In this document: positions 30,440 through 40,999 of the stretch, in pieces
Layout of the letters: the number at the start of each line of letters is the position of its first letter
Position numbering within the stretch: the stretch's first letter is position 1
Assembly: GCF_042466665.1 (NCBI RefSeq)
Contig: NZ_CP162102.1
Location: 7,595,022 to 7,659,021 of the forward strand
Direction of reading: 5' to 3'
DNA: 64,000 bases
Source: Peterkaempfera podocarpi
Lineage (GTDB): Bacteria > Actinomycetota > Actinomycetes > Streptomycetales > Streptomycetaceae
The notes under the pieces: model-generated
Told to the model about the DNA's origin: nothing
Seen by the model: only the letters and a program-made list of their open reading frames with translations
The model's database searches: none
Made by a program: the position numbers and the translations under genes

Positions 30440-30811
30440 TCAGGACTCCGACCCCGGGACGGGCACGTTCGCCAGGAACCGCTGCCGGTCGACGACCACC
30501 CGGTCGATCTCGCCGGTCGCGACAAGCTCCCCCGAGTCGTCGGAGGCCCGCACCAGAAAGGTGAGCCGCCGGCCCGCCGCGTCGGCCCGTGCCTCGGCGA
30601 CGACCTCCACCCGGCCGCCCACTCCGGTGGCACGCACATGCTCGATACGGACCGCCGTGCCCACCGTCGTCTCCCCCGGACGGATGAACGAGGCGGCGGC
30701 CCGCACGGTCGCCGCCTCCAGCCAGGCGATCAGCCGCGGGGTGGCGAGCACGGGCACGTCACCGCTTCCCACCGCCGCGGCCGTGTCGTTGTCGGTCACC
30801 TCGTGTCGCAT
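30440..30811 (-). CDS. Hotdog-fold thioesterase superfamily protein
   Basis: 123 aa; pattern matches small 4HBT-like thioesterases. Confidence 0.55.
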   Translation of the reverse strand: MRHEVTDNDTAAAVGSGDVPVLATPRLIAWLEAATVRAAASFIRPGETTVGTAVRIEHVRATGVGGRVEVVAEARADAAGRRLTFLVRASDDSGELVATGEIDRVVVDRQRFLANVPVPGSES

Positions 30812-31093
30812 CCCACCACGCTAGTGCCGCCCCCGCCGACCTTTGCCCTGCCGCGACGCCTGGCACGCACGCTCGCTCGCTGCGTTGGCCGAAAGCCCAG
30901 GTCCAGTACAGGGGCTTCCGGCCGCCTTGCGATCGCACACAGCCGATGACCTGCCAGGTTCTCGCGGGCCGTCCCCCCACCGCGGGGCCGCGGCCGGCCC
31001 CGGGCCCCGGCCCGTCGTCCTCATGGCCCGCGCCTCGTTGCGGGCCCTCTCGCGTCCCGGTGAGCTCCGGACACCCGTGCAAGGATGGTGGAC

Positions 31094-32063
31094 ATGCCCG
31101 TGCCGCAGCCCGTGCTCAGCCCGCTGACCACTGCGTCCCTGTTTCTCGTCCTCACCGTCGAGCCGGGTGGTGAGCCCGTCGTCCGGGAACTGCTCGCCGA
31201 CCTCGCAGGCCTGCAACGGGCAGTCGGTTTCGGGCACCCCGACGGACAGCTGGGGGTCGTCGCCGGCATCGGCTCCGAGGTCTGGGACCGGCTGGTGGCC
31301 GGTCCGCGTCCGGCGGAGCTGCATCCCTTCCAGGAGCTGCGCGGTGGCCGCCACCACGCCCCCGCCACCCCGGGCGACCTCCTCTTCCACATCCGGGCCG
31401 CCCGGCAGGACCTCTGCTTCTCCCTCGGCTCCGAGATCATGACCCGGCTGCGCGGCGTGGTCGCCGTCGCCGACGAAGTCACCGGCTTCACCTACCTGGA
31501 CCAACGCGACCTGCTCGGTTTCGTCGACGGCACGGAGAACCCCGTCGGGCAGGAGGCCGCCGACGCTGTACTGGTCGGCGCCGAGGACCCGGACTTCGCC
31601 GGGGGCTCCTATGTGATCGTGCAGAAGTACATGCACGACCTGGACGCCTGGAACCGCCTCCCGGTCGAGCAGCAGGAGCAGATCATCGGCCGCCGCAAGC
31701 ACACCAACGTCGAGATCGACACGCCCGGCTCCCATGTCGTCCTCACCACCATCACCGACCCGGACGGCACCGAGCGGCAGATCCTGCGCGACAACATGCC
31801 CTTCGGCAGCCCCGGCAGCGGCGAGTTCGGCACCTACTTCATCGGCTATGCACGTACCCCCTCGGTGACCGAGGAGATGCTGCGGCACATGTTCCTCGGC
31901 GACGGTCCGTTCAGCCACGACCGCATCCTCGACTTCTCCACCGCGGTCACCGGAACCCTGTTCCATGCGCACCGCCGACTTCCTGGAGGACCTGGGCGAC
32001 GAACCGGAGTCCGCGGCCGAGGAGCCCGGCTCCCTCGGGATCGGCGGACTGAAGGGCCGTTAG
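31094..32063 (+). CDS. Dyp-type peroxidase (encapsulin cargo); C-terminal targeting peptide ...EEPGSLGIGGLKGR is in the +1 frame relative to the catalytic domain (apparent 1-nt indel near 31950)
   Basis: AAGGA RBS; FVDGTENP motif; frame B from about 31955 reads ADFLEDLGDEPESAAEEPGSLGIGGLKGR-stop, whereas the catalytic-domain frame reads through without a stop into the encapsulin gene. Confidence 0.75.
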
Positions 32064-32098
32064 CAGCAGGCGGAGCAAGCGACAGGAGAACCACCCCC

Positions 32099-32908
32099 AT
32101 GGACAACCTGCACCGGGAACTCGCCCCGATCTCCGCGGCCGCGTGGGCCGACCTGGAGCAGGAGGCGAGGCGTACCTTCACCCGGCATGTGGCGGCCCGC
32201 CGTATCGTCGACGTGCCCGAGGCGGCCGGCGCGGAGCTGGCCGCTGTCAACACCGGCCACCTCGACGAGATCGAAGCCCCGGCGGCGGGGGTGCGGGCCC
32301 GGCTGCGCCGCGCCCGGCCGCTGGTGGAGCTGCGTGTGCCCTTCACGGTGAGCCGCGCAGAGGTGGACGACGTGGCCCGAGGTGCCCAGGACGCCGACTG
32401 GTCCCCGGTGAAGGAGGCCGCCCGGCGCATCGCCTTCGCCGAGGACCGCGCCGTCTTCGAGGGCTATCCGGCGGCGGGCATCACCGGCCTGCGCACCGCC
32501 TCCAGCAACCCGGCGCTGACCCTGCCCGCTGATCCCCGGCTGTACCCCAACGTCATCAGCCAGGCCGTCTCCGAACTGCGGCTGGCCGGTGTCGGCGGCG
32601 CCTACACCCTCGCGCTCAGCGCGGACGCGTACACGGCGGTCAGCGAGACCTCGGACCACGGCTACCCCATCCACGAGCACCTGCGCCGCCTGCTCGACGG
32701 GGAGATCATCTGGGCCCCCGCGGTCGACGGCGCCTTCCTGGTGTCCACCCGTGGCGGCGACTTCACCCTGCAGCTGGGACAGGACCTCTCCATCGGCTAT
32801 CTGTCCCATGACGCCGACAGCGTCCAGATGTACTTCCAGGAGTCGCTCACCTTCATCGTCCACACCGACGAGGCGGTCGTCCCCATCGGCCCCGCCCCGC
32901 AGGCGTGA
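32099..32908 (+). CDS. Family 1 encapsulin nanocompartment shell protein (Linocin M18 / Cfp29-like)
   Basis: AGGAG RBS; MDNLHRELAPISAAAWADLEQEARRTF...SDHGYPIHEHLRRLLDGEIIWAPAVDGAFLVSTRGGDF matches M. tuberculosis Cfp29 nearly residue for residue as I recall it. Confidence 0.9.
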   Translation: MDNLHRELAPISAAAWADLEQEARRTFTRHVAARRIVDVPEAAGAELAAVNTGHLDEIEAPAAGVRARLRRARPLVELRVPFTVSRAEVDDVARGAQDADWSPVKEAARRIAFAEDRAVFEGYPAAGITGLRTASSNPALTLPADPRLYPNVISQAVSELRLAGVGGAYTLALSADAYTAVSETSDHGYPIHEHLRRLLDGEIIWAPAVDGAFLVSTRGGDFTLQLGQDLSIGYLSHDADSVQMYFQESLTFIVHTDEAVVPIGPAPQA

Positions 32909-33115
32909 GCCCCGACGGCACCCCCGCAGACGTCCTGCCCCGCAGGCGGGCCGCCGGCCATGCCCGGAGCAGTCGGGTCACCCCCCGGCCGGCCTGCGGC
33001 GCGTGCCGGCGGGGCACGGCCCTGGGCGGCAGCTGAGCACCGGCGGGCGCCGGCCCGTCCATGGACCGGTCGGCCCGGCGGCCCGTCCACGGACCGCGAA
33101 CGTCCCGGGTCACCG

Positions 33116-34888
33116 TCAGCGACCGTGCAGGAGCCGGTCGAGCAGCACGTAGGCGCGCTGCTCCGTGGCCGCCAGCACGGCGGGGTCGATCTCCGCCTGC
33201 CACAGTTCCCCTGCCGCCGCGTCATCCGCCTCATGCAGTTCCACCACGGCCACGGCCAGCTGAACCTGGACCACCGGCACCGGCAACCAGGCTCCGTCCG
33301 CAAGAGCGTGCTCCGCACGCTCGGCTGCCGCCGTGCATGCGGCAAACGCCCGTTCCACCCGCACCGCAGCCTGGCCGTGGACCACCAGCAGCGCGCAGGC
33401 CAGTCCGGCGGCGATCCCCAGAATGCTGCTCAGCCCCCGGTCGTAGACGAGGTCGCGGGCGGGGACAGCGCTGGTCAGCTCGCTCATCAGCAGGGCCAGG
33501 GGCGTGACGAAGACGACCGCCAGGCCGTAGTTGAGCGCGACGCCGTACTCCAGCAGGAATTCCAGGACCACGACCACCAGGACCAGCACCAGCGGATCCG
33601 GCTGCCCGGCCAGCACTCCCAGGGCGAGCAGCAACCCGGAGACCGTGCCCAGGGTGCGCTGGACGGCACGCTGCGCCGTCGTGCGGACATTGACCGAGTG
33701 CAGCACGGCGGCCGCTGTGATCGCCGCCCAGTAGCCGTGCCCGAGGCCGAGGAGAGCGGCTACCCCGCCCGCCACCGCGGTGCCGAGAAACATCCGCAGC
33801 GCGGGAACCACCAGCGCCACGCCGGAGACCGGACCGGCGGGGCCGCGCCCCACCACGAGTTCGGCGGCACGCCGCGCGACAGGACCGGCCGCCGCCGATG
33901 TCCCGGCCGTGCGGCAGAGGACATCGGCGGCCGCCACCGGGGACGGCGACAGCAACTCGGGCAGCGCAACGGGGGGTCTGCGCCGCCGGACCGCGAGAAG
34001 GCCGGCCTGCCGGTGCAGGAGCTGCGGCGTGGCGGTGGACGCGCCGGGGGACCGGTGCACCGAGCAGACCAGCAGTGACCAGGACAGGTCGGTCAGCAGC
34101 ACGCAGGTCCCGCCCTGCCTGCGCCGCTCGCCGTGCTCGGCGGCCGTCGGCGGTGCCAGGCCGAGGGAGAGATAGGCCTCCAGGATGCCGACCGTTGCGC
34201 GGTGCCGTGTCCGTGCGGCGCGCTGTACGTCGGCCTCCTCCAGCAGTGCGGCGAGTTCGCGAAGGGCGGTGGCGACCGCGAGACGCTGCGGACGGTCCGG
34301 GTGCACCAACCAGCCCGGCATCGCCAGCACCCAGGCCGTGGCCGCGCCGATCGCGGCCAGCGCGGTCTGCGGGGCGACATCGGCCGGGGCGGGCGAGCCG
34401 TTGGCCGCCACCGCGAAGGAGAAGAGCAGCAGCACCGCGCCCAGGCCGCCCAGTCGCGTCGCGCCGCAGGCGAACTTGGCCAGGCCCGCCACCACGGCCG
34501 TCGCCACGACCACCACGGCGGTGCCCGGTCCGCTCGTCTGGGGATGCGTCACCGCAGCGAGGGCCGACCCGCATCCGACACATGCCGTCATGGCCACCGC
34601 GGTGACCGCGAGAACGCGAGCCCGCCGCGGGTAGGGCAGATTGCGCCCGAATGTGGCGGTGAATGCACCGAGCATCGCGTAGACGGCGGGTCCGGTCCGC
34701 CCGGTGAGCGCCAAGGGAAGCGCGGGCAGTGCCATCGCCAGCGCCGCGCGGAGGGCGAAGAGCAGCGCCCCGTCCACCCTGTGCAGCGCGAGCGCACCGC
34801 GTGGGGAGAGCACGCACGCCGCATCGGCGACGGAGGCCCGCCGGCTCCTTCCGGGTTCGGCAGGGGGTGGGTCGGGCAAAACCGGCAT
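33116..34888 (-). CDS. FUSC (fusaric acid resistance / aromatic acid exporter) family membrane protein
   Basis: 590 aa with two blocks of TM helices separated by a hydrophilic region; family call from general pattern. Confidence 0.55.
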   Translation of the reverse strand: MPVLPDPPPAEPGRSRRASVADAACVLSPRGALALHRVDGALLFALRAALAMALPALPLALTGRTGPAVYAMLGAFTATFGRNLPYPRRARVLAVTAVAMTACVGCGSALAAVTHPQTSGPGTAVVVVATAVVAGLAKFACGATRLGGLGAVLLLFSFAVAANGSPAPADVAPQTALAAIGAATAWVLAMPGWLVHPDRPQRLAVATALRELAALLEEADVQRAARTRHRATVGILEAYLSLGLAPPTAAEHGERRRQGGTCVLLTDLSWSLLVCSVHRSPGASTATPQLLHRQAGLLAVRRRRPPVALPELLSPSPVAAADVLCRTAGTSAAAGPVARRAAELVVGRGPAGPVSGVALVVPALRMFLGTAVAGGVAALLGLGHGYWAAITAAAVLHSVNVRTTAQRAVQRTLGTVSGLLLALGVLAGQPDPLVLVLVVVVLEFLLEYGVALNYGLAVVFVTPLALLMSELTSAVPARDLVYDRGLSSILGIAAGLACALLVVHGQAAVRVERAFAACTAAAERAEHALADGAWLPVPVVQVQLAVAVVELHEADDAAAGELWQAEIDPAVLAATEQRAYVLLDRLLHGR

Positions 34889-35463
34889 GATCGGTGTATA
34901 TCACCTGTGCTGCATCATTCCGCCTGGCGGGTCGGTCGGTGGTCGGCGACTCCCTCCGGCCCTGGGGTCCTCGGCCCCTGTGAGTCCCGCGGCGGTGCTA
35001 CCAGGCATCGCGACGGAGGGGCCGGTGTCGCGGCCCTGCTCCAGCCGTTTGAGGTGGTCGACGCCCAGGCCCGCCCACGTGGTGGGTTCCTCGCGCCGCA
35101 GTCCGGGGTCCGCCGCCGACCGGTGGAGGGCAACTCGACCTGCTCGGGCTTGAGTTGATGCCGGCGTCAGCGCGGAAGCGTCGCCGGTTCGCCGGCGTCG
35201 GCCGGCGCGCCCCCGAGGGTGCCGGGACAGTGCCGGCGTCCGCCTGCGGGTGCTCCCGGAGCGTTGCCGGGTGGACAGCGGAAAGGATCCATGAGTCGTG
35301 GCGGTGATCGACCCCCTGGGCGGTCGACCCGCACGACAGCCGATGGCGCCCGGCGGAAGCTCCCAGGCCTTTGTGCGCGCCTTCCCGCTGGGCACTCTCT
35401 ACCGCTGTCTGCTGCGGGCAGCAGGGTTCCCATGCTTCGGTCAAGTGATGTCCGGGCAGACCG

Positions 35464-36051
35464 TCAGCTCGCTCGCCCCGTCGGATGTGAAGCGTCCGCC
35501 AGGGCGCCCGCCGCGCCGGCCGCCAGGGCTGTGACCTCGGCTGCCGCGCGGGCGGCCCGTCCGGACACCCGCCAGGCGAGCATGCGCAGGGCGGTGGCCG
35601 GAGCCGGGGGGAAGACGCCGAGCTGGCCGAGCATGGTGATGTCGTCCCGCAGTGCCTCGTGCCGGACCACCTTCCCGCCGCGGACATCGAGCAGATGGAC
35701 CTGCTCGAAGTCGATCTCGCGTCCGGTCGGGGGGATGGCCTGGTCGAGTGCGCCGTCCTTGAAGCGCACGAACGGGCCGGTGTGGCGGCCCTGCATGCGG
35801 AGCCGGACCCAGACCTGATCGTCGTTGCGGGCGACGCCGAGGACGGGGAAGCGCAGGTCGCTGAAGGCCGAGCGCAACCATGCTCCCGACGCCAGAGTGC
35901 CCGCCGGTCCCGGTATGGCGCAGGCCGGGGGTGCGACCGCGGCCTCACGGTTGTGGTTCTGCTCGTCCACGACGTCGACGGCGAGCTCCAGGTCGCCCGT
36001 CTCGAGTACCCGGAAGAGCCCGTGTGCCAGTTCGGCGGTGTCCAGTGCCAT
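35464..36051 (-). CDS. SnoaL-like / ester cyclase (NTF2-like fold) protein
   Basis: Internal ATG; NREAAVAPP...GP.G...AF.DL...V.G.HTG.F...IPPTGREI...GKVV.HE is ester-cyclase-like. Confidence 0.6.
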   Translation of the reverse strand: MALDTAELAHGLFRVLETGDLELAVDVVDEQNHNREAAVAPPACAIPGPAGTLASGAWLRSAFSDLRFPVLGVARNDDQVWVRLRMQGRHTGPFVRFKDGALDQAIPPTGREIDFEQVHLLDVRGGKVVRHEALRDDITMLGQLGVFPPAPATALRMLAWRVSGRAARAAAEVTALAAGAAGALADASHPTGRAS

Positions 36052-36236
36052 CGTGCCCACCTTTTCACTGTGCGGTGCCTGGTTCTCGCAGCCCGCAGCC
36101 CGCAGCCCGCGGCTCCGGCCTTCGGCCCTTAGTCCTCGGCCGTCGTGACGGTTCCGACAGGGCCTGCGTGGCGGCTGCGATATTGAGGTTATAGAGCACC
36201 GAATCAATAGGTCAAACAACCCGCTAGAATCTGGGC

Positions 36237-36848
36237 ATGGCCTCAAAGCGCGTGTACGTCTCCCCCTTGCGCGAGCAGGCCGCCGCCCAGACGCGCGCGC
36301 TGATCCTCCAGCGGGCCACCGAGCTGTTCGCCGACCGCGGCTACGGACTGGTGACCGTCGCGGACATCGCGTCGGCAGCCGGTGTCGCCGCCAAGACCGT
36401 CTTCGCCAGCGTGGGCAGCAAGGGCGACATCCTGGACCGGATCGTCGACGAGGGCGTCAGCGCGTCCGGCTACGACCAGGCCATGGAGCAGGTGCTCGCC
36501 CTGCGGACGCCCGAGGCGGTCCTCGAAGCCCTCGCCCGCGGCACTCGGCTGGGCAATCAGGGGCAGTTCAGCGTGCACGAGGCGATCCGCAAGGCCCTGC
36601 CCTGCCATGAGCAGGGCGAGGCGCTGTGGGAACGTGCGACCGCGGCCTACCGCGATGCGCTCCGCGCCGCCGCCCGCCACCTCCACACCCTGGCCCCGCC
36701 GCCCCGCTGCACGGTGGAGGAGACGGCGGACCTGCTGTGGTTCTGGTTCGGCCCCGGTGGCTGGCGCACCCTGGTCGTCGAGAACGGCTGGTCGTGGGAG
36801 CGGGCCGAGGAGGTTCTCCACCGGACCGCCGTCGCCACTCTCTGCTGA
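36237..36848 (+). CDS. TetR/AcrR family transcriptional regulator (divergent from the ester cyclase)
   Basis: N-terminal HTH TRALILQRATELFADRGYGLVTVADIASAAGVAAKTVF. Confidence 0.75.
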   Translation: MASKRVYVSPLREQAAAQTRALILQRATELFADRGYGLVTVADIASAAGVAAKTVFASVGSKGDILDRIVDEGVSASGYDQAMEQVLALRTPEAVLEALARGTRLGNQGQFSVHEAIRKALPCHEQGEALWERATAAYRDALRAAARHLHTLAPPPRCTVEETADLLWFWFGPGGWRTLVVENGWSWERAEEVLHRTAVATLC

Positions 36849-37345
36849 ACCCCGCGGCGAGTCATCAGCGGGTCCCCGGTCGCGGAGGCGACGGTGCCGC
36901 CGGTGGCCTTCTCGAACCGCGCCCCTGTGTGCTGGGCCCAAGGGTCGGGCAGAAGCCAGCTGAACCCAGGCCGGACGGTGCTCCGGGAGTGAACCGCGGC
37001 AACGGCCCGGTCGAGTTCGCCCAGCACACGTTCGGCATGGCCGAGGAAGAGCTCCCCGGCGCCGGTCAGCGCCATATGCCGTGCACCGCGATCTCACAGT
37101 GTCACCCGTACCGTCGCCGCCAGCCGGCGAACGGTCCGGCTCGGGGCCGGCCGGGTGATCGCCGGCTGCTGTGCGGCGCGGGTGAAGGATTCCGGACGCG
37201 CCACCGCGACGAACGCCCTGAGACGACGCGGTTCGACGTCCGTGCCTGCCGAGCACACCGACGGCACGGAAGGCATCCCCCAGGGTCTTCCGGCGCACGT
37301 AACGTCGCCTGGGGGGAGGCCCGACCCACCAGGAAGAGGATTTTC

Positions 37346-38376
37346 ATGGCTTCGCCACTGACTGCTCTCGGAGTCGGCATCCCGGTCGTGGCCGCGCCGA
37401 TGGCCGGCGGCCCCACCACTCCGGCGCTGGTCACCGCCGCAGCCCGGGCGGACGGCCTCGGATTCCTCGCGGGCGGGTACCGGACCGCCGACAACCTGGC
37501 GGAGCAGATCGCCCGGGTCCGCTCGGACGGTGTCGTCTTCGGGGTCAACCTGTTCGCGCCCAACCCCGTCCCGGTCGACGCGGCGGCCTTCAGCCGGTAC
37601 GCCCGCGCCATCGCGCCCGAGGCCGAGCCCTACGGCATCGATCTCTCCACGGTCGGCATCGTCCAGGAGGACGACCGCTGGTCGGACAAGATCGACCTGC
37701 TGCTGTCCGACCCCGTCCCGGTGGTCAGCTTCACCTTCGCCGTCCCCGGCGCATCCGTGATCGCCGCGCTGCGCGCCGCCGGAACCCTCGTGGTCCAGAC
37801 GGTCACCTCCGCCGCCGAGGCCCGCCAGGCCGCCGAAGCCGGCGTCGACGCGCTCGCCGTCCAGGCGACAGCGGCAGGGGGGCACTCCGGAACCTTCACC
37901 CCCCAGCAGACTCCGCCGGCGCTCCCGCTGGCCCACCTGCTCGGGCAGGTGCGGCAGGCGGTCTCCTGCCGCTGATCGCCGCCGGTGGCCTGGCCACCCC
38001 GGATGCCGTCACCGAGGCACTGTGGAACGGAGCCGACGCGGTCATGGTCGGCACCGTCCTGCTGCGCGCGGACGAGGCCGGCACCTCAGACCCGTACCGG
38101 GCCGCCCTGGCGGACTCCGAACGCCGGCACACCATGGTCACCCGGGCGTTCACCGGCAGGCCCGCTCGGGCCCTGCGCAACACCTTCACCGACCGCTACA
38201 GCGGCATCGCCCCGGCCGGGTATCCCGCGCTGCACCACTTGACCAGCCCCCTGCGCAGGGCGGCAGTCGCCGCCGGTGATCCCGCACGCATCAACCTGTG
38301 GGCCGGGACCGGGCACCGCCATGCCACGGAGGAGCCCGCGGCCCAGATCCTGCGACGGCTCGCCTCCCGGCTCTGA
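37346..38376 (+). pseudogene. Nitronate monooxygenase (NMO / 2-nitropropane dioxygenase) family gene interrupted by an apparent 1-nt deletion in a C run at about 37960
   Basis: N-terminal part ends ...VRQAVSCR-stop; the +1 frame continues LPLIAAGGLATPDAV...TRAFTGRPARALRN. Restoring ccc in gtctcc(c)tgccg gives a continuous NMO. Confidence 0.7.
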
Positions 38377-38560
38377 GTGGCGGCACCGGATTCCCGACCA
38401 CCCGGCGGCAGTGTCGCGACACGCCGTCCGACCGGGCACACCGCCGTGCGGATGCCCCGGCCCCCGCGCACGACGCCCCGCACCACCGGCTCCGAGGAGC
38501 GGGAAGTGCGGGGCGCGGAGTGCCGGATGCCCGGCTGCGGTGTGCCTGCGCGGGGGTTTG

Positions 38561-38932
38561 TCAGCCGAGCTTGGACACCTGGTAGTGGCCGATGTACCAC
38601 TGCCCGGCGACCCGCCTGAGCAGGATGCTGAGCGTGACCTTGATCGTCGGCCGGTCGGTGAACGAGAAGTCGACCCCGAAATACCCGAACAGGGCATCCT
38701 CGCTGATCTGCCGTGTCTCCAGCACCCGGTACTCCGCCACCATCCCGAGCGGCTGGGAGTCGTAGTAGTCCGCGACCCCCTGACGGCCGACGCTGTACGG
38801 ATGGAGCCCCTGGAAGATCGCGTCCTCGGTGAAGTACGAGGCGACCTTCTGCGGCTCATGCGCATCGACCGCGGACTTCCAGCGGTCCATGACGCCACGC
38901 AGGATCGTCTCGGCTGCTGCTGTGCTGTTCAT
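38561..38932 (-). CDS. Nuclear transport factor 2 (SnoaL/SgcJ-like) family protein
   Basis: 123 aa, ...VAGQWYIGHYQVS C-terminus. Confidence 0.55.
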   Translation of the reverse strand: MNSTAAAETILRGVMDRWKSAVDAHEPQKVASYFTEDAIFQGLHPYSVGRQGVADYYDSQPLGMVAEYRVLETRQISEDALFGYFGVDFSFTDRPTIKVTLSILLRRVAGQWYIGHYQVSKLG

Positions 38933-39109
38933 CAGTTTCTGCTCTCAGGATGGGGTCCGCGCTGGGCGGCGCCCGGTGGTGAAGGTTCCGCCGCCGGTGC
39001 AACGGCTCGGCTGTCGGGGTGGCGGCGGCGATCGGGTGGCGGACGGGACACGGCTCCCGGCGGGGCGTCATGGCCGGTCGACGGGGAGCCGTGGGCACTG
39101 AGCGCCCGA

Positions 39110-39412
39110 TCAGGCGGCGCCGCCGGACCGGCCCGGGTCGTTGGGGTGCGACTGCAGGGCGGTGACCACCGCGGTCATCCAGGGCCACAGCGGCAGGGTC
39201 CCGAGGACGTCGGCCCGCAGCTCCGCTTCGTCCTCCGCGCGCCACAGGCCGATGCTGCGCAGCTCGCCGACCGGGCGCCACAGCCGGACCAGGTGATCGG
39301 TGGCGGCGAGCTCCTTCGCGCGGACGGCCTCGGCGGCGCGACGGCGGTCGACCTCGGCGGCGTCGGTGCCCTCGGGGACGGTGGTGGTGAGCTCGACCAG
39401 GAACTCCTTCAT
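39110..39412 (-). CDS. Muconolactone delta-isomerase-like family small protein
   Basis: GGAGGAAGAG RBS; MKEFLVELTTTVPEGT...LWRPVGELRSIGLWRAEDEAEL...LPLWPWMTAVVTAL. Confidence 0.6.
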   Translation of the reverse strand: MKEFLVELTTTVPEGTDAAEVDRRRAAEAVRAKELAATDHLVRLWRPVGELRSIGLWRAEDEAELRADVLGTLPLWPWMTAVVTALQSHPNDPGRSGGAA

Positions 39413-39884
39413 GGTCTCTTCCTCTCTCATTGTCTGTGGGGGCTTGTCTGTGGGGTGCCTGACGGGTGGTCGGGAGCCGCCCCGGGCGGGGTGCGGCGCG
39501 ACGATTCCGAGGCATCGGACGATCGGCGTTGTTCTCCACTGGGGACATGATCGGACCGTCGCAGCACGACGGCGGGGCATTGCCGCGCAGGGTGCCCGAT
39601 GGGCCTGAGCGCGGTGCGTAAGGGCTGGTGGCGTGCCGGTGTCGGGCGCGCAGCCGGCCGGTGGGGGCCGCCCCGGTGGGCGGAGAGCGGAGCGGAGCCG
39701 CTGTCAGATCACGGACCCCCGGGCTGCGGACGGCTGCGGGCCAGGCCGGGGAGCGGCTGGGCCGACGGTGCCCCGCAGGAGCGTGGGGAACGCGGCGGGC
39801 AGCGGTACGACTGCGATGGTGAGCCTGACAGGGGTGGTCACAGGGGCTCTCCACTTCATGCGGAGCTGGGGCGGCACTAGGTAG

Positions 39885-39945
39885 CCGACCGGTCGAGTTA
39901 AAAGTAGACGACCGGTCGACAAAAGTCAAAGCTGCAGAAGTGCAC
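39885..39945. promoter_or_regulatory. Minus-strand sigma70-like promoter (TTGACT-17-TACTTT) with a TCGACCGGTCGA palindrome in the spacer and a second CGACCGGTCG palindrome just downstream; TetR-type operator/promoter
   Basis: Read on the reverse strand of 39885-39945. Confidence 0.5.
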
Positions 39946-40211
39946 CCAAGATGCCGAGCCGCTGCCGGACACGGCAGGCGAGGCCAGGGCCTGTCCGCCG
40001 GGTCGAGCTGACCGCTGGGCACTGCTGCCGTCCGTGACGCGCGAGGCGGGGAGTGCGCTGGGGAGCGGATGCGGGGTCCTTGCAGCCCTGAATCCAGGGC
40101 CGTGGCCGGCTGCAACGCGGCGGGTGACCACTCGGCCTGCGTGCTCCCGGCCACCCGTCGGCGAGGCCGGGCATCCGCCGGCTGTCGGCGTGGTGCGTGT
40201 GGTGGTGGGGG

Positions 40212-40835
40212 TCAGGGGGTGGGGGCTGGTGTCTGCTGGGGGGTGTGTGCGCCGAGGAGGGCGAGGCAGTTGGCCCAGAGGGTGTCGAGGCGTTGGGCGT
40301 TGTTGTAGAGCTTGGCGAAGAGGACTTGGCCTTCGAGTTGGGCGACGATGGAGCGGGCGGCTTCGCGGGTGTCGGTGAGGGTGATGTCGCCGTGTTCGCG
40401 GGCTTGGGTGATGACGGTGTCGACCATGTCGACCTGTGCTTGGAAGATCTGTTGCAGGCGGGTGCGGATGGCTTCGGTCTGGTTGGACATCTCCAGGGTG
40501 AGGTTGCCGAAGAGGCAGCCGGAGACGGTGCCGCAGGTCTGCTGGCCGGCTTGTTGGGTGGCCTGGGTGGCTTCGAAGAGTTGCCGTAGCCGGTGGAGGG
40601 GGTCGGTGTCGGCGGTGAGGATGTGGGTCCAGGCGGTGCGCTGCTGGGTCCAGTGTTCGTCGATGACGGCGAGGGCGAGGGCTTCTTTGGAGTCGTAGAA
40701 GTAGTAGAAGCTGCCCTTGGGTACGCCGGCGGCCTTGCAGATCTCGGCCACGCCGAGCGCGGAGTAGCCGCGCAGTTCGATGAGCGACTGCGCGGCGGTG
40801 AGGATCTTCTGCCCGGCGTCACTGGTGCGTCCCAT
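40212..40835 (-). CDS. TetR/AcrR family transcriptional regulator with atypical codon usage
   Basis: HTH ILTAAQSLIELRGYSALGVAEICKAAGVPKGSFYYFY; codons strongly C-ending with frequent CAA/GAA, making the + strand G/T-rich. Confidence 0.75.
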   Translation of the reverse strand: MGRTSDAGQKILTAAQSLIELRGYSALGVAEICKAAGVPKGSFYYFYDSKEALALAVIDEHWTQQRTAWTHILTADTDPLHRLRQLFEATQATQQAGQQTCGTVSGCLFGNLTLEMSNQTEAIRTRLQQIFQAQVDMVDTVITQAREHGDITLTDTREAARSIVAQLEGQVLFAKLYNNAQRLDTLWANCLALLGAHTPQQTPAPTP

Positions 40836-40999
40836 GATTCCCCTCCTCGGCCGGGTGCCTGCTCGGTGTCTCCTCGTGCAGGCACGGGGGCTGCGCCTTC
40901 CGGTCCGGGGTGGTCCGGGGGCAGAACCTGCGGATCACCCGGTGCGGCACGGCTGCCGACGGGCCGATGGGCGGCCCGGCCAGGCGCATCGTTCGAGCC

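Noticed and set aside
36850-37075. Minus-strand ORF fragment MALTGAGELFLGHAERVLGELDRAV... resembling the linker region of a LysR regulator
   Set aside because: It lacks the N-terminal HTH and most of the effector domain; at best a decayed remnant, not reported as a gene.
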